A stretch of DNA of 32,000 nucleotides, taken from positions 300,001 to 332,000 of the forward strand of contig JBEKXS010000001.1 of the NCBI GenBank assembly GCA_049511795.1. Reading direction: 5' to 3'. Under the pieces are notes generated by a model, which saw nothing but the letters and a program-made list of their open reading frames with translations, was not told where the DNA came from and ran no database searches. Numbering within the stretch: the stretch's first letter is position 1; every line of letters begins with the position of its first letter. Shown in pieces: positions 30,462 to 32,000 of the stretch. The DNA comes from Candidatus Saccharimonadota bacterium. Lineage in GTDB: Archaea; Nanobdellota; Nanobdellia; Pacearchaeales; GW2011-AR1. The position numbers were made by a program, and so were the translations under genes.

Positions 30462-31085
30462 ATGAACAAAAAACTTTTGATGCTGATTTTTTCAGACCTT
30501 TTCATATTAAGCGGCTTTGGATTAATTAGCCCTATTTTTGCAGTATACCTAAATAGTGATCTTGTAGGAGGAAGTTTAGTTGCAATAGGATTGGCATCAG
30601 CAATTTTTCTTATTGTAAAATGTGCAATACAATTGCCTTTATCAAAATACTTTATTGACAAGCACGACCATAAATCTGTCTTTGTTGTTGTTGGAACAAT
30701 TTTGATTGTCAGTGTTCCCTTTATTTATATGTTTGCTAAAAATATTAGTACAATATATATTGCTCAGGCAATTTATGGTGTTGGTGCCGCACTTGACTAT
30801 CCTGCATGGTTCAGCTTGTTCACAATATATATGGACAAAAAACATAGAGGATATGAATACACTGTTTATACCACTTTGATAGGAATAGGAACAGCCTTCG
30901 CGGCTTATTTCGGAGCAAATATAGCTGCTTTGCTTGGTTTTAAAACACTTTTTTTAGTTGTCGGAATAGTTTCATTCATAGGTTTATTATTCCTAATTGC
31001 CCTTTATCAAATGGAATTACATAAGGCACGTTCAGGTCTTTTCCCAAATCATCCTTTCAATAAACTGACAAAATGGGTTTTTTAA
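30462..31085 (+). CDS. Six-TM membrane protein, MFS-like half-transporter
   Basis: 207 aa with about six hydrophobic spans. The loop after TM2 (KYFIDKHDHK) is in the position of MFS motif A. Overlaps the next gene by 13 nt. Confidence 0.5.
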   Translation: MNKKLLMLIFSDLFILSGFGLISPIFAVYLNSDLVGGSLVAIGLASAIFLIVKCAIQLPLSKYFIDKHDHKSVFVVVGTILIVSVPFIYMFAKNISTIYIAQAIYGVGAALDYPAWFSLFTIYMDKKHRGYEYTVYTTLIGIGTAFAAYFGANIAALLGFKTLFLVVGIVSFIGLLFLIALYQMELHKARSGLFPNHPFNKLTKWVF

Positions 31086-31606
31086 GAGCATTTATTTCTG
31101 TTGATATTCCTGAAAATATCTTAAAAGAGATTGAAAAAATCCAGAAAAAACTACCTGCCTTTGAAGGAAAAATAACTGAATTAGAGAATTTGCACTTGAC
31201 ATTGAAATTTCTTGGAAATGTTGATGAAAAAATTCTAATTGAAGTAAAAAGAAGGCTTAAAGAAATTAAATATAAGAAATTCGAAGCAAAAATCTCCGAG
31301 ATTGGAGTTTTTTCGCCTTCTTACGTAAAAATAGTATGGGTTAAATTAGATAACTGCTATGATCTCCAAAGAATTATTGATGAAAAATTAGAAGATATTT
31401 TCAAAAAAGAAGAAAGATTTATGGGCCATATAACAATTGCACGTGTTAAATACATTAAAAACAAGAAATATTTTTTAGGGGAGCTGAAAAAAACAGAAAT
31501 TCCTGATGGATTAAAATTTAAAGTCAAAAACTTTAAACTTAAGAAATCAGAACTTAAACCAGAAGGACCCATTCATAAAATTATTGAAGAATATAGGCTA
31601 GAATAA
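31073..31606 (+). CDS. thpR: RNA 2',3'-cyclic phosphodiesterase (ThpR/LigT, 2H family)
   Basis: 177 aa with the two HxT/S motifs HLTLKF and HITIAR at the expected spacing. Confidence 0.85.
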   Translation: MGFLRAFISVDIPENILKEIEKIQKKLPAFEGKITELENLHLTLKFLGNVDEKILIEVKRRLKEIKYKKFEAKISEIGVFSPSYVKIVWVKLDNCYDLQRIIDEKLEDIFKKEERFMGHITIARVKYIKNKKYFLGELKKTEIPDGLKFKVKNFKLKKSELKPEGPIHKIIEEYRLE

Positions 31607-31615
31607 AAAATAAGA

Positions 31616-32000
31616 TTAATATTTACTGTTTATTATCCTAATAAAATTTTCTGATTTTTTCCCAAGCTCTTCTTTTAATTCTTCTTCGGGCAGATTCATT
31701 ATTTCCTTTATTGTCTTGAATTTTTTAAGAAGTTTTCTTGCTGTTTTTGGGCCTATTCCTGGAAATCCTTCAAGGATATACTGCATTTGCTCCTTCTTGT
31801 TGCGGAATTTTTTTGTCACATTTAAAGGAGATTCCCGCGGTTTCTTCTTTGCAAGGACAGAAATGAATTTTGCTGTATCTTCATAGTTTTTAGTAAAAAC
31901 TATCGGTGTTTTGTAATTAAGGAGAATTGAAAGAAGGAAACCACGAATAGAATTAGGATGCATTCCAATTCTTTCTTCTGGCCCGTCATCTGAATAAAGC
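31616..32000 (-). CDS. XPF/Hef/Mus81-family ERCC4 nuclease, C-terminal part with (HhH)2 (5' end outside the window)
   Basis: The frame is open to the window edge. The end of the ERCC4 domain (IRGFLLSILLNYKTPIVFTKNYEDTAKFI) is followed by an HhH (LEGFPGIGPKTARKLLKKFKTIKEIMN). Confidence 0.7.
   Translation of the reverse strand, partial: LYSDDGPEERIGMHPNSIRGFLLSILLNYKTPIVFTKNYEDTAKFISVLAKKKPRESPLNVTKKFRNKKEQMQYILEGFPGIGPKTARKLLKKFKTIKEIMNLPEEELKEELGKKSENFIRIINSKY

Noticed and set aside
30462-31085. Six-TM MFS-like protein considered as a truncated pseudogene of a 12-TM transporter
   Set aside because: The ORF ends cleanly and overlaps the next gene's start. No downstream frame continues an MFS C-terminal half. 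A bona fide half-size protein is equally plausible, so it is not called a pseudogene.

Overview
Low-GC archaeal chromosome segment; gene content and style suggest a small-genome DPANN-like lineage, but that is inference. The window has three parts.

(1) 1.5-6.4 kb: a tightly packed plus-strand ribosomal-protein/RNA-polymerase super-operon (L21e, Rpo4/F, DUF655, S13, S4, S11, Rpo3/D, tRNA-Leu, L18e, L13, S9).

(2) 6.4-17.9 kb: an accessory, mostly minus-strand stretch.
- a mini PD-(D/E)xK nuclease next to a serine-recombinase 'Recombinase'-domain protein that lacks the catalytic domain
- an RRM RNA-binding protein
- Ogt, a HAD hydrolase and MgtC
- several small membrane proteins
- an orphan Cas4-like Fe-S nuclease
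- a XerA-type tyrosine recombinase translationally coupled to an HNH endonuclease
- a ~450 bp non-coding region packed with same-orientation G[C/G]TGTTT iterons
- two convergent paralogous coiled-coil/low-complexity-linker/wHTH genes, a small wHTH gene and a PRC-barrel gene

(3) 17.9-32 kb: a predicted replication origin (about 95% A+T unwinding element flanked by ORB-like boxes), followed by orc1/cdc6 and both PolD subunits. Then housekeeping genes: TyrRS, a DRG/TGS GTPase, an Arm/Rmt (FmrO)-like methyltransferase, an M16 peptidase, an arginase-fold protein, a 6-TM MFS-like protein, ThpR/LigT and a partial XPF/Hef nuclease.

No CRISPR array, rRNA or clear IS element was seen.

The best candidate for an undescribed system is the origin-proximal block at 12.5-17.0 kb: XerA-HNH, the iteron array, and the paired coiled-coil wHTH proteins. 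All calls rest on manual motif recognition without database searches.
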